Source: the human T2T-CHM13v2.0 reference genome, Homo sapiens
Reading direction: 5' to 3' (one strand)
DNA: 64,000 nucleotides
NCBI RefSeq assembly: GCF_009914755.1
Contig: NC_060947.1
In this document: positions 33,901 through 56,355 of the stretch, piece after piece
Layout of the letters: each line of letters starts with the position of its first letter
How positions within the stretch are numbered: position 1 is the stretch's first letter
The notes under the pieces: model-generated
Databases searched by the model: none
What the model was told of the DNA's origin: nothing
What the model saw: only the letters and a program-made list of their open reading frames with translations
Program-made: the position numbers and the translations under genes

Positions 33901-36900
33901 ATAAAAATATAAAAAATTCTTTGAAATGAATGATAACAGTGAGACAACCAATCAAAACCTCTGGGATACAGTAGAAGCAGTGCTAGGAGGAAAGTTTATA
34001 GCATTAAATGCCTACATCAAAAAACCCGAAAGAGCACAAATAGACAAACTAAGGTCACACCTCATGGACCTGGAGAAACAAGAACAAAGTCAACCTCAGC
34101 AGAAGAAAGAAAATAACCAAGATCAGAGCAGAACTAAATGGAATTGAAAAAAAACCCAACAAAATATAAACAAAGCAAAAACCTGGTTCTTTGAAAAAAA
34201 CAAATAAATATGATAAATGATTAGCAAGATTAACCAAGAAAAGAAGAGAGCAGATGCAAATAAGCTCAATTAGAAATAAAACAAGGGATATTACAACTGA
34301 TACCACAGAAATACAAAAGATCATTCAAGGCTACTATTAACACCTTTATGCACATAAACTAGAAAATCTAGAGGAGGTGGATAAATTCCTGGAAATATAC
34401 AACCCTCTTAGATTAAACCAGGTAAACATAGAGTCTCTGAACAGACCAGAAACAAGCAGTGAGATTGAAATGGTAATTTAAAAGTTGCCAACAAAAACAA
34501 CAACAAAAATATCCAGGACCAGATGGATTCACAACTGAATTCTATAAGACGTTCAAAAAAGATTTGGTACCAATACCTATTGACACTATTCCAAAAGACA
34601 AAAAAAAGGGAATCCTCCCTAAATCATTCTATGAAGCCAGTATCACCCTAATACCAAAACCAGGGAAGGATATAAGAAAAAAGAAAACTACAGACCAATA
34701 TTCCTGATGAATGTAGATGCAAATATCTTCAACAAAATACTAGCGAACTAAATCCAACAGCATATCAAAAAGATAACCCACCATGATCAAGTAGATTTTA
34801 TACCAGGGTTGCAGGGATGGTTTAACATACACAAGTAAATAAATGTGATACACCACATAAGCAGAATTGAAAAAAAATCAAATTATTATCTCAATAGATG
34901 CAGAAAAAACATATGACAAAATTCAGTATCTTTTATGATTAAAACCCTCAGCAAAATTGGCATAGAAGAGACATACGTTAAGGTAATAAAAGCCATCTAC
35001 AACAAACCCACAGCCAGCATCATACTGAATGGGGAAACGTTTAAAGCATTACCTCTGAGAACTGGAAAAAGGCAAGAATGTCCACTTTTAACTCTTCTGT
35101 TCAATATAGTACTGAAAGTTCTAGCCAGAGCAATCAGACAACAGAAATAAAGGGCAACCAAATCAGTAAAGAGGAAGTCAGACTGTCACTGTTTGCTGAT
35201 GATATAATCATATGTCTATAAAATTCTAGATTCTACCCAAACACTCTTCAATTTGATTAACAAATTCAGTAAAGTCTCAGGTTACAAAATCAGTGTACAG
35301 AAATCAGTAGTTCTGTTATATACCAACAGCGATCAAGCTGAGAATCAAATCAAGAACTCAACCACATTCACAATAGCTGCAAAGAAAATAAAATAATTAG
35401 AAAAATACCTAACCAAGGACGTGAAAGACTTGTACGAGGAAAACTGCAAAACACTGCTGAAAAAATAATAAATGACAAGAACAAATAAAAAAATTCTATG
35501 CTCATGGATAGGTAGAATCAATATTATGAAAATGACCACACTGCCAAAAGAAATCTACAAATTCAATGCAATTCCCATCAAAATACCACCATCATTCTTC
35601 ATGGAACTAGGAAAAACAATTCTAAAATTCATATTGAACAAAAAATGAGCCTGCATAGTCAAAGCAAGACTAAGCAAATAGAACAAATTTGGAGGTATCA
35701 CAATACTCGACTTCCAACTATACTATAACGCCATAGTCACCAAAACAGCATGATACTGGTATAAAAATAAGAACACAGACCAATGGAACAGAATAGAAAA
35801 CCCAGAAATAAACTCAAATACTTACAGACAACTGATCTTTGACAAAGCAATCTGAAACATAAAGTGGGGAAATGACACCCTACTCAACAAATGGTGCTGG
35901 GATAATAGGCAAGCCACATGGAGAAGAATGAACCTGGATCTTCATCTCTCACTTCATACAAAAATCAACTCAAGATGGATCAAAGACTTAAATCTAAGAC
36001 CTGGAACCATAAAGATTATAAAAGATAACATCCGAAAAACCCTTCTAGACATTGGCTTAGGCCAGAACTTTATGACCAAGAACCCAAAAGTAAATGCAGC
36101 AAAACCAAATATAAATAGATGTGACTTAAACTAAAAAGCTCCTGCACAGCTAACGAAATAATCAGCATAGTAAACAGACAACCCAGAGAGTGGGAGAAAA
36201 TCTTTACAATCTATACATCTGACAAAGGATAATATCCAGAATCTACAAATAACTCAAACAAATTAGCAAGAAAAAAAAATCACATCAGAAAGTCGGCTAA
36301 GGACATGAATAGACAATTCACAAAAGAAGGTATACAAAGGGCCTACAAGCATATGGAAAAATGCTCAACATCACTAATTATCAGGGAAATGCAAATCAAA
36401 ACCACAATTCAATAGATACCACATCACTCCTGCAAAAACGGCCATAATGAAAAAATAAAAAAAAATAGATGTTGATGTAGATGCAGTGAAATGGGGACAC
36501 TTATACACTGTTGGTGGAAATGTAAACTAGCATAACCATCATGAAAATCTGTGTAGAGATTCCTTAAAGAATTAAAAGTAGATCTACCTTTTGATTTAAG
36601 AATTCCAATACTGGGTATCTACCGAAAGGAAAAGAAGTCATTATACGAAAAAAGATAATGGCACACACATGCTTGTAGCAGCACAATTTGCCATTGCAAA
36701 ACTACAGAACCAGCCTAATTCAGGAATGGAAAACCAAATATCTTATGTTCTCACTCACATGTGGGAGCTAAGCTATAAGGATGCAAAGGCATAAGAATAA
36801 TACATTTAATGTTGGGGACACTGGGGAAAGGGTAGGTAGAGTGTACACTGCTTAGGTAATGGGTACACCAAAATCTCAGAATTCACCACTAAAGAACATA

Positions 36901-36962
36901 TTCATGTAACCAAACACCAACTGCTCCCCAAAAACCTATTGAAATGAAAAATAAAAAATAAG
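30935..36962 (+). mobile_element. Near-full-length L1PB, degenerate
   Basis: L1PB-type 5'UTR, ORF1 piece 32436-32855, ORF2 pieces, 3' end ccccaaaaacctattgaaat plus A tail. Confidence 0.85.
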
Positions 36963-39285
36963 AATAATAATGAACAATAGAAAATAACAACTACAAAAAC
37001 ATCTCAAGGCATAGACAGTACAATAAGATATACAAATTGTAACAAGAAGTTTAAAAGTGAGAGTATAATGTTAAGACATCGAGTTTTAATTGGATTTACT
37101 CTTGCTTGTTTATGCAAACACTGTTGTTATCAGGTTAAAATAACAAATTATAAGATATTATCTGCAAGTCTCATGGTAACCTCAAAATTAAAAAAAAAAT
37201 ACAATGGAGATGCAAAAAAATTAAAAATCCTAATTATATCACCAGAGAAAATTACATTTACTAAAGGAAGACAAGAATGAGGGGAAGAAGGAAGAGATGA
37301 GAGTGAAACAACAATAAAACAACAAAATGACAAAAACAAGTCTTTATTTATCAATAATAACAAGCAATGTAAGTGGACTAAACCGTCCTAATAAAAGACA
37401 CAGACTGGCTGGATGAGTTTTTACAAAAGGATCATTGATCTAGTGACTAAAAGAAACACACTTTCCATATAAAATACTGAAAATAATGGGATAGAAAATA
37501 GTATTCTATGATGATAGTGAAAATCATAAAAGTCCAGAAATAGCAATGCACGTACCAAATAAAATAGATTTCAAGACAAAAACTAGAAGAAGAAACATAG
37601 AATGTCACCATATAATGATAACAAGGTCAATTTAATAAGAGACTATAATACTTGTAAATATGTATGCACCCAACACTGAAAAATCCAAATACATAAAGCA
37701 AATATTATTACAGAGCAGTTGGGCTCCAATATATTAATATCTGGATGCTTTGAAACCCCGTTGTTAGCACTGGACAGAACTTTGAGACAGAAAATCAATA
37801 AAGAAGCATTGAACTTAGTCTGTGCTATAGACCAAATGGATCTAATAAATATTTACAGAATATTTTATACAAGAGCTAGAGAACACCTATGGTTTTTCTT
37901 AACACATTGGTTATTCTCAAGGATAGACCTTATGTTAGGTCACAAAACAATTCTTAAAACATTCAAAAAATTAAATAAATCTCAAGCATCTTCTATGACC
38001 ACAATGAACAAAACCTAGAAATTAACAAGAGGAATTTTGGAAATTATACAAATATATGAAAATTAAAGAATATGCTCCTGCATGACCAGTGAGTCAAAGA
38101 AGAAATTAAGAAGGGAACTGAAAAAATCCTTGAAACAAATGATAATGGAAACTCAACATACCAAAACCTATGGGATACAGCTAAAGCAGTACTAAGAAGG
38201 AAGTTTATAGCTAAAATGTATCTAAAATTGACTGCATCAAAAAAAAGAAAAACATCAAATAAACAAGCTAATGATGAATCTTAAATAACTAGAAAAGCAA
38301 GATCAAACAAAGCCCAAAATAAGTAGAAGAAAACAGAATAAAGATCAGAGCATAAAAAATAAAATTGAAGTGAAGAAAACAATACAGAAGATCAATAAAA
38401 CAAAAAGTTGGTTTTTGGAAAAGTTAAACAAAATTGACAAACTTTAAGCTGAATTATCAAAGAAAAAAGAGAGAAGATACAAATAAAATTAGAAATGAAA
38501 AAGAAGACATTACAACTGGTGATACCACAGAAATTCAAAGGATCATTAGTAGCTACTATGAGAAACTACATGACAATAAATTAGAAAATCTAGATAAAAT
38601 TGACAGATTTCTAGACACATGCAATCTACCAAGATTGAACCATGAAGATATCCAAAACCTAAACAGAAAAATAACAAGTAACAAAACTAAAGCTGTAATA
38701 AAAAGTCTCCCAGTAAAGAAAAGTCTAAGACCCTATGGCTTCATTGCTGTATTCTACCAAACTTTTAAAGAAAAAATAATAGCAATCCAACTCAAATTAT
38801 TCCAAAAAATAGAGGAGGAGGAATCACTACAAACTCGTTCTATGAGGCCAGTAGTAACCTGATACCAAGACCAGACAAAGACACACCAAAAAAAGAAAAT
38901 GACAGGCCAATATCTGTGATGAATATAAATGCAAACATTCTCAACAAATTACTAGCAAACTGAATTCAACAATATATTAGAAAGATCATTCATCATGACC
39001 AAGAGGGATTTATCCCTGGGGTGCAAGGATGGCTCAAGATATATAAATCAATCAATGTGATACATTCTACCAACAGAATAAAGGACAAAAACCATGTGAT
39101 CATTTCAATTGATGCTGAAAAAGCATTTGATAAAATTCAACATCCCTTCATGAGAAAAATTCTCAAGTAACTGGGTATAAAAGAAACATACCACAACATA
39201 ATAAAAGCCATTTATGACAGCCCACAGCTAGTATTATACTCAATGTGGAAAAACTAAAAGCCTTTCCTCAAAGATCTGAAAGATG
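36963..39285 (+). mobile_element. L1MA-like inter-ORF and ORF2 (host resuming after nested L1PB)
   Basis: Degenerate ORF2 ORFs 37719-38018 and 38434-38862. Confidence 0.75.
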
Positions 39286-40194
39286 AAGAGTGAACTCCCT
39301 CAAGCCTGAGAGCTGCCTGCTGGGGAACTGCTGATAGCAAACCCACCAACACCAACAGAAAACCCTCATGCTCTAACACTGGACCTGAGGTCAGGTTCTC
39401 CACACCCATTGCAATAGATTACCCTGCCTTGCCTACTGTAGCCTACACCTCTGCAAACAACCTGGGGCCTCAGGTCAGACCCACCTGGCCTGGAACCACC
39501 CCCTGCAGTGGTTAAGCACACTGCCTGAGGACCCGGGGATCACACCATCCATTCTACCACCTCTGGCATTTGTGCACTTATCACAGAAACCTGAATATTG
39601 GCCCACTCAGCCAGCCGCCAGTATTACAGACAACACCTACTCACACATAACACCTAGAAGCCTGGTAACTGCCTGTTGCAGCCACTGCCAAAACCAGCAT
39701 GTACCACTTGGGACCCAGAGACTTGTCCTACAATTGTCACTGCCATCATCCATGCCACATCAACTTCCCAGTGTTTCAAGAACCTGTACACCTTCCCAGC
39801 TCACCACTATCATTACTGGCATCTAAGCAACAAACCTAGAGGCTCATGAATTGGCCCACCTGGACCCACTAGCACCAGGACCAGTATACAACCCTCTGGG
39901 CTCAAAGACAGGCATTCTAAGCCCACTTCTGCCACCACTGGGGCCCACAGCCTGGCCCACCTGCCACCCCGTCCACAGCAAAACATCACTTCAGCCTCCA
40001 CTAATAATCACAACATAAGCCACCAAGGAAATCACAGACACCACTGATGTCTTCACCCTAAGAAATCATACAGACAGTACACTACTTCAAGCCCTGAGAA
40101 TAAAAGCCAAAATGCCGTACCCAATAAACACCACAGATATATCTTCAGGAGAAGCTCTTCCCTACAAAAGCCAATTCAAAAGATTAGAAGAAGC

Positions 40195-41718
40195 TGTCAT
40201 TATGATGTTAGCTGGTTATTTTGCTCGTTAGTTGATGCAGTTTCTTCCTAGTCTCGGTGGTCTTTACATTTTGGCATGATTTTGCAGTGGCTGGTACCGG
40301 TTGTTCCTTTCCATGTTTAGCGCTTCCTTCAGGAGCTCTTTTAGGGCAGGCCTGGTGGTGACAAAATCTCTCAGCATTTGCTTGTCTGTAAAATATTTTA
40401 TTTCTCCTTCACTTATGAAGCTTAGTTTGGCTGGATATGAAATTCTGGGTTGAAAATTCTTTTCTTTAAGAATGTTGACTATTGGCCCCCACTCTCTTCT
40501 GGCTTGTAGGGTTTCTGCCGAGAGATCCGCTGTTAGTCTGATGGGCTTCCCTTTGAGGGTAACCCGACCTTTCTCTCTGGCTGCCCTTAACATTTTTTCC
40601 TTCATTTCAACTTTGGTGAATCTGACAATTATGTGTCTTGGAGTTGCTCTTCTCTAGGAGTATCTTTGTGGCTTTCTCTGTATTTCCTGAATCTGAACGT
40701 TGGCCTGCCTTGCTAGATTGGGGAAGTTCTCCTGGATAATATCCTGCAGAGTGTTTTCCAACTTGGTTCCATTCTTCCCGTCACTTTCAGGTACACCAAT
40801 CAGACGTAGATTTGGTCTTTTCACATAGTCCCATATTTCTTGGAGGCTTTGCTCATTTCTTTTTATTCTTTTTTCTCTAAACTTCCCTTCTCACTTCATT
40901 TCATTCATTTCATCTTCCATTGCTGATACCCTTTCTTCCAGTTGATCGCATCGGCTCCTGAGGCTTCTTATCACTATATACAGTTACATTTTGAACAACT
41001 GGGGGTTAGCACTTCAACATATTAATTTTAGGAGAATTCAATTCAGCCCCTAACACCTACCTATTACATTCACTAATTTGCTTAGATTTATTGGTCTCCT
41101 TCCATGTTCCAACCTGTGCTAGGCACTGAGGATTGAAACTGAGAATCAGATGAGATAATGACATTTTGAAAACTGACTTAAAATACCAAAAAAAAAAAAA
41201 AAACCCACACTTTGAAGTATAGCCCACCCACATAATGCTTTGCTTGCAGGAAATCATTAAATTGAATGAAGTTAAATGATGAAAATGAAAGCTTTCTAAA
41301 AGGGGGAAAAATGGGAAGCATGGACAAAGTTATAGAATAGCAACTATTATTTTTAAGCGCCTGATAGGTGCCAGGCACTGACTATAAAACTTATGTAAAT
41401 TGTCTCATTTAATCCTTACTATGACCCTGCTGGGTAACTATTACCAAAACCATTTTACTGGTGAGAAACCTATTACTAAGAAACTGTAACATCCCAGAGG
41501 TTATACAGCTTTGTGGCTTGAATTCGGATCTACTTAATGCCAAAGGAACTCATGTTCCTTTTACTATTCTCTACTGTGAGTCAAAAACATAGAGAACTAT
41601 GGTTAGGCTCTATTTCTTACATTAATTTTTGTTAAATATTAAGTATTTTCAAAAAACCATTATTCATGTGTATGGAGAATAATAATAAACTGAACACCTG
41701 TGTACTCACCAAAAAAAA
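40195..41718 (+). mobile_element. Composite retro-insertion: inverted young L1 ORF1 fragment (40195-40968) plus non-L1 polyadenylated sequence (40969-41710)
   Basis: 17-bp TSD aaaagattagaagaagc at 40178-40194 and 41719-41735; AATAAA at 41684-41689, 21 nt before poly(A). Confidence 0.93.
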
Positions 41719-42342
41719 AAAAAGATTAGAAGAAGCAACTATTACACCAGATGTGCAGAAAACAATGTAAGGACATGTAATACATGAAAAGTTTCCAAGT
41801 CTAGGAAGACATTTAGACATCCAGATACAGGAAGCTCTCCAAACACCAAAAAGATAAATACAGAAAGATCTTCTCCAAGGCACAACAACTCTTTTGACAC
41901 TCTAAAGTCAAAGACAGAGAAAATCCTAGAAACAGCAAGAGAAAACCATCTAGTCATCTATAAACAACTTTCACCACACTAACAGTGGACTTAGCAGCTA
42001 TCTTACAAGCCAGGAGAGAATGAAATGATTTATTCAACGCACTGGAAGAAAAACATAGCCATTTAAAATACTATATTCAGCAAAATTATTCTTCACGAAT
42101 GAGGAATAAATACAGTATTTCAAAGACAAGCAACTACTAAAGGAATTCATCACCACTAGACTGGTCCTAGAAGAAAGGCTCAAAGGATTTCTAAACATGG
42201 AAGAGAGAGGACAACAGTACTTACTGGCAAAGAAAATATAAAAATAAGGAAAAGAAAAGATTTAAATGGTAACATTACACAAAGCTACCAAACCACAAGG
42301 ACAAACAATAAGAGAAAAAGAAAAGAATAAAGAATACATGAT

Positions 42343-42650
42343 CAGGTGTGGTGGCTCACACATGTAATACCAGCAATTTGGGAGGCTGAGATGGGTAGAT
42401 CACCTGAGGTTGGGAGTTCGAGACCAGCCTGAGCAACATGGAGAAAACGTGTTTCTACTAAAAATACAAAATTAGCCAGGGGTGGTGGCACATGCCTATA
42501 ATCCCAGCTAGTCAGGATGCTGAGGCAAGATAATCGCTTGAGTCCAGAAGGCGGAAGTTGTGGTGAGCCGAGATTCCACCATTGGACTCCAGCCTGGGCA
42601 ACAAGAGTAAAACTGCATCTCAAAAAAAAAAAAAAAAAAAGGAAAAAGAA
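42343..42650 (+). mobile_element. AluS (Sq/Sp-like)
   Basis: Dimeric Alu; caacaagagtaaaact and poly(A). Confidence 0.93.
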
Positions 42651-44543
42651 AAAATAATACACAAATTAGAAAACAAACAGAAATATGAAGGAAAAAAGCC
42701 TCACATATCAATAATAACGTTGACTGTAAATGGATTAAAATCTCTACTTAAAAAACCTAGATTGGCTAAAGAAATAAATAACATAACCCAACTATATACT
42801 GCCTACAAGAAAATCACCTCATATGTAAAGACACATATAGACTGAAAGTAAAGGGATGGAATAAGATATTTCATGCAAACATAAACCAAAAGTTAGCAGT
42901 TGTTAGACTCATTTCAGATGAAATAGGCTTTAAGTCAAAAACAGAAAATTACAAAGAAGATCATTATATAATGATAAAGTGATCACTCCTGAAAGATAAT
43001 ACACCTATTCTAAATCCATATGTACACAATGCTGGAGCACCCAGAGTCATACAGCAAATATTACTAGATCTAGGGAGAAAGAGAGACACCAATACAATAA
43101 TAGGGGGGAATTTCAACAAACCAATCTCAGCATTAGACAGATAATCTAGACAGAAAATTAACAAAGAAACATTGGATTCCAACTACACTTTAGACCAAAT
43201 GAACCTAACATGTATTTACAAAACATGTTATCCAACAACTACAGAAAACACATTCTTCTCATCAGCACATGGAACATTCTCCAGGATGGACTATATAATA
43301 GGCCACATTACAACTGTGATCAAACTTATAAAAATCAAAATTATACCAATTGTTATCTCAGAACACAATGAAATAAAACTAGAAATCCATACAAAGAAGG
43401 ACTCTGAAACTACAAAATAAATGAAAATTAAACATGTTCCATGGCCTAACAGTGTACCTCAAGGAAATAAAAAGCAAGAACAAATGAAAACTAAGTGAAA
43501 CCCAGCTGGACATTGATTTAGGGAAAGAACTCAACAAAATCCCCACAAATAACTCCATTAAAAAGTGGACAAAGGATATGAATAAACACTTCTCAAAATA
43601 AGACATACGAGCAACCTAAAAACATGAAGAAAAAAGCTCAACATCACTAATTATACTAATTATCACATAAACACAAATGAAAACCACCATGATATACCAT
43701 TTCACACCAGTCAGAATGGCTATTACAAAAAAGTCAAAAAAATAACAGATGTTGGTCAGGATGTGAAAAAAAAGGGAAATGTTATACCCTGTTGGTGAGA
43801 GTGTAAATTAGTTCAGCCCTTGGGAAAAGCAGTATGGAGATTTCTCAAAGAACTTAAAACAGAACTACCATTCCCGCTATTGACTATCTGCCCAAAGAAA
43901 AATAAATCATCCTACCAAAAAGATACCTATACTATTATGTCTATTGCACCACTGTTCACAATAGCACAGCCATGGAATCAATGTAGGTCCCCATCAACAG
44001 TGGATTGGATTTTTAAAAAGTGATACATATACACTATAGAATACTATGCAGCCATAAAAGAGAATGCAATTATGTCCTCCACAGCAACATGGATGCAGCT
44101 GGGGTCATTATCCTAAATGAATTAGCACAGAAACAGAAAATCCAATACTGCATGTTCTCACTTATAAATGGGATCTAAACAATGGGTATACATGGACATA
44201 AAGATGGAAACAATAAACACACAGGATTCTAAAATGTGGAAGGGAGGAAAGGGCAAAAGTTGAAAAACTACTTTTCTCATACTATTTTTATTATTTGCGT
44301 GATGGTTTCAACAGAAGCCCAAACCTCAGTATTATAAAATAAATATATGTAACAAAACTCCACAGGTACCCTTGAATCTAAAATGAATAAAAAACTGTTA
44401 ATATAGTTCTGAGATTAGGAAACATCATAGTTATATTTAACTCATGTTTCTGTTCTTTTCTAATAATAGCAAATTTCTAACCCTCAACAATTTATAAATA
44501 GCTCTACATAAAATATGTAACTTTTTAATTATTGAGAAAAAAT

Positions 44544-44850
<307 letters not shown>

Positions 44851-44889
44851 GAGTTTATTTGTAATAAAATGAAGTAAAATGCAATACTT

Positions 44890-45431
44890 TTTTTAAAAAA
44901 ATTAAGAACAAGCGAAATCCAAATTAGCAGTAGAAAAGAAATAATAAAATCAGAACTTCTTAATAAAATCAAAACTGAAAAACAATACCAAAAAATCAAC
45001 AAGACCAAATTTGATTTTCTAAAAAATTAACAAAATTTATCTATCACTAGCTAGAATAGCCAAAAAAGAGAGAGGACCCAAATAAGCAAAATCAGAAAAA
45101 AAAAAATTGCAACTGATATCACAGAAATACAGAGGATCATCAGAGACTATTATGAACAACTATGTACTAACAAACTGAAAAACCTAGAGGAAATGGATAA
45201 ATTCCTGGAAACATATAACCTACCAAGATTGAATCAGGAAGAAAAAGAACACCTGAAGAGACCAATAATGAGTACTGAGTATACCTGGTGAAGATAGATG
45301 CAAAAATATTCAACAAAATAGTAGCAAGCTGAATTCAACAACAACTCAAAAATATAATGTACCATAATCAACTGGGCCTTATACCACGGATTCAAGGAAG
45401 TTTCAACATACACAGATAAAAAAAAAGATAC
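44890..45431 (+). mobile_element. L1MA-like ORF2 (host; continues at 52317)
   Basis: Degenerate ORF2, colinear across the nested L1. Confidence 0.75.
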
Positions 45432-52314
<6,883 letters not shown>

Positions 52315-52316
52315 AA

Positions 52317-54725
52317 GATACATCACATCAACAGAATGAAGACCAAAAACCATACAACTATCTCAACAGATGCAAAAAATTCATTTGATAAAATTTAACA
52401 CCCCTTCATTATAAACCTCAAAGCAAATTAGTCGTAAAAGGAACATACTTCAAAACAACAAAAGCCATACATGACAAACACACAGCTAACATAATAAGAA
52501 ATGGGGAAAAGCTGAAGGTCCTTTCTTTAAAAACTAGAACAAGACAATGATTCCCACTTTCACTGCTCCTAATCAACATAATACTAGTCCTAGTCAGAGT
52601 AATCTGGAAAAAATAAATAAAGAAAGAAAAAGTATCCAAATTAGAAAACAGGAAGTCAACAAATTGTTCCTCTTTGCAGATGACAAGATATCACATTTAG
52701 GAAAACATGAAGACTCTACCAAAAAAAAAAAAAAAAAAAAAACCTTAGAATAGCTAAATGAATTCAGTAAAGTTACAGGATAGAAAATCAATATCCAAAA
52801 ATTAGTAGCATTTATATAAACCAATAATGAAATGGCCAAAATAAATTAAGATTCCAATTCCTTTTACAATTTATACCAAAAAATTAAAATTAAAATAACT
52901 AGAAATCAATTTAACAAGGGAGGTTACAGGTCTCTTCAAGGAAATCTACAAAACACTGATGAAAATAACTAAAGAGGACGGAGGAAATGGAATGGCATAC
53001 CATGGTCATGAATTGAAAGAATTAATATTTAAATGTCCATATTGCCCAAAGCTATTTACAGATTTAATGCAATCCCTATCAAAGTACCAATGTCATTTTT
53101 CAAATACATAGAAAAAATAATTCTACAATTCATATGAAACCAAGAAAAAGCCAGAATAGCCAATGCAATCTTAAGCAAAAAGAATAAAGGTGAAGGCATC
53201 ACGCTATCTGACTTCAAAATATATTACAAGGCTGTAGTATGGTATAAAAATAGACCTACAGGCCAATAAAACAGTATAGAGAATGCAGAAATAAATCCAC
53301 ATACCTAACCCAACTTATCTTTGATAAAGCCATCAGGAATATATATTGGGAAAAAGAAACACTCTTCAATAAATTGTGTAGGAAAACTGGATAACCATAT
53401 GAAGAAGAATGAAACTGGACCCATATATATCACGGTATACAAAAGTCAATTCAAGAAGGATTAAAGACTTAAATGAGAGACCCAAAATTGTAAAACTACT
53501 AAGAGAAAACGCTTCAGGACAGTTAGTCTAGGGAAGGATATTACAGATAAGACCTTAAAAGCACAGGCAACAAAAACAAAAATAGACAAATGGGACTATA
53601 TTAAATTAAAAAGCTGCTGCAGAACAAAAACATTGAGTGAAGAGACACCCTCTTGAATGGGAGGAAATATTTGCAAACTACTCATCCAACAGGGGACTAA
53701 TAAGAATGTACAAGAAACTCAAGCAACTCAACAACAACAAAAAAATCCTATTAAAATGGGCAAAGAGCATGAATAAACATTTCTAAAATGAAGACATGTA
53801 AATGACACTAGGTATATTAAAAATGCTCAACATGCCTAATCATCATGAAAATGTAAATGAGAGCCACAATGAGACATCATTTCACCCCAGTTAGAGTGGC
53901 TATTATTAACAAGTCAACAAATAAGAGATGCTGGTGAGGATGTGAAGAAAAGGGAACCATACACTGTTGGTGGGAACATAACTTAATACAACCACTGTTG
54001 AAAACAGTATGAAATTTCTGAAAATACTACAAATAGAACTACCTTTGATCCAGCAATTTCACTACTGTTTATGCAAAAGAAATCAGCATATCAAAGGAAT
54101 ACCCACACTTGCCTGTTTATCAGAACACTATTCACAATAGCAAAGATATAGAATCAATTTAAGTTTCCATGAATGAATAAAAAAGTATGATATATACACA
54201 TATATACACACAATGGAATAACATTCTGCCATAATAGTAATAAATAGATGACAAAATCAATGAAAACACATTATGTGCAGCAACATGGATGGAACTGGAG
54301 ATCATTATGTTAAGTGAATAAACCAGCCACAGAAAGCCAAATACTGCACGTCCTCATTCATATGTCGGGGCTAAAAACCTTGATCCTGTGGGCCTAGGGA
54401 ACAGAATGACAGATACCAGAGAATGGAAAAGGTGAGTGGGTGGGGTAGGGTGGGGAATGAGAGAGCTTGGTTAATGGGTACAAACACAGATAGAAGAAAT
54501 AAGTTCTTATGTTTGATAGCAGACTGAGGTGACCATACTTAAGAATATTTTGTATATTTTAAAATAACTAGAAGAGAGGACTTGAAATGATACCAACATA
54601 GAGAAATGATAAATATTCAAGGTGATGGATACCCCAAATACCCTGACTTGATTATTACACATTCTATACACATAACAAACACTCACATGTACTCCATAAA
54701 TATGCAAAATATTATCTACAAATAC
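52317..54725 (+). mobile_element. L1MA-like ORF2 and 3' end
   Basis: Degenerate RT (LFLFADD); L1MA 3'UTR ggtgatggataccccaaataccctgacttg. Confidence 0.8.
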
Positions 54726-56010
54726 AAGAATATACAATAAAACACAGGGAAAAAATCTTCCTGACATTCATCTTAGCAATGATTTTGGGGATATGACCCA
54801 AAAAGCACGGGTAACAAATGCAAAAGTAAACAAGTGGGACCACATCAAACTAAAAAGTTTCTACACAACAAAAGAAAGAATCAACAAAATGAAAGAGTAA
54901 CCTACAGAATAGGACAAAATATTTGCAAACTATAAAACCAAAATCTATAATGAGTTAATATCCAAAACATGTAAGGGAAACATACAATTCAATACCAAAA
55001 AGCAAATAATAGTATTAAAAGTAGGCAAAAGGCTTGTACAGACATTTATCAAAAGAAGACATAAAAATTATCAACAAGTATATGAAAAAATACTCAAAAT
55101 CACTATTGATCACAGAACTACAAATCAAATACGCACTGAGATACCACCTCACACCTATTAGGAAGAGTATGATCAAAACATGAAAAGATAACAAGTGTTG
55201 TCATGGATGTGAAGAAAAGAGAACCTTTGTGCACTGTTGGTGGTAATGTAAATTATCAGATCCATCATGGAAAACAGTATTGACCTTCTTTAAAAAATTA
55301 AAAATAGAACCACCATATGATACATCAATCCCATATCCCACTTCTTGATGTGTATCTGAAAGATATAAATTCAGAATCTCAAAGATATATCTGCACTCCC
55401 ATGTTTATTGCAGCATTATTCAGAACAGTCAAAAGAATCAACTTAAGTATCCATGGATGGATGGATAAAAAAATGAATACACACACACACACGCATGCAC
55501 AATGGAATATTATTCAGCCCTAAAAAGGAAAGAAAACCTGCTATTTGCAACAACATGGGTGAGCCCAGAAGACATTGTGCTAAGTGAGATAAGCCAGATA
55601 CAGAAAGACAAATACTGCATGATCTCACTTATATGAGAAACCTAAAGAAGTTGAACTCATAGAAACAGAACAGAAGGGTGGTAACCAAGGACTGGTTGGG
55701 TGGCAGTAATGGAGAGGTGTTGTTGGAGAACAAACTTTCATTTATAGTTTTATAAGTTCTGGGGATCTAATATATATTATGGTGACTATAGTTAACAATA
55801 TATTGTATACTTGAAATATGCTAAGGGAATATATCTTAAGTGTTCTCACCGCAGAAACAAGGATAAAAACAAGAAATTACTTTGTGAGGTGATGGATATG
55901 TCTTGATTTTGGTAATTATTTCACATTGTGTACATATTACAGATAATCAGGTTGTACAACTTAAATACATACAATTTTTATTTGTCAATTATATCTCAGT
56001 AAAGGGGGAG
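54726..56010 (+). mobile_element. Older L1MA/MB 3' portion
   Basis: aagttctggggatctaatatatattatggtgactatagtt...tgtcaattatatctcagtaaag. Confidence 0.75.
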
Positions 56011-56059
56011 GAAATAAGTCCTATGAAGTCAGCTTAAGTAGATGTCTTACGTCTAAGAG

Positions 56060-56355
56060 TACAAGTTGAAAACTCAAATATACAGAAATTAAGTAGATAA
56101 TATAGATCAATAAGGAAAGCCAGGAAGAGGGCAAATACCCAGTCTAAAGGGAGTGGCTACTACTTAGTTCCAGCCAATTGCTACCATGTAGGAATAGAAG
56201 CCCAGGTTTGTCAAATCTTCTGGTTTTCAAAAGAAAGAAATGTTCATTTTTAAATGTTAAATTTGCCAATTAAATAAAAATATTGGCTGAATTTCAAACA
56301 CTGTTTAAGCCAAACAAAACACATATTTAGCCTAAATTGACCCTTAGTTTGTGTT
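56060..56355. mobile_element. hAT-Charlie DNA transposon remnant (MER102-like)
   Basis: gtctaaagggagtggctactacttagttccagccaattg...ccaaacaaaacacat. Confidence 0.55.

Larger units (their letters stand above)
39286..44395 (+). mobile_element. Old L1 (5'UTR to 3' end, internally deleted), host of the 40195-41718 insertion and an Alu
   Basis: C-rich 5'UTR, ORF1/ORF2 remnants, 3' end gtacccttgaatctaaaat. Confidence 0.7.
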
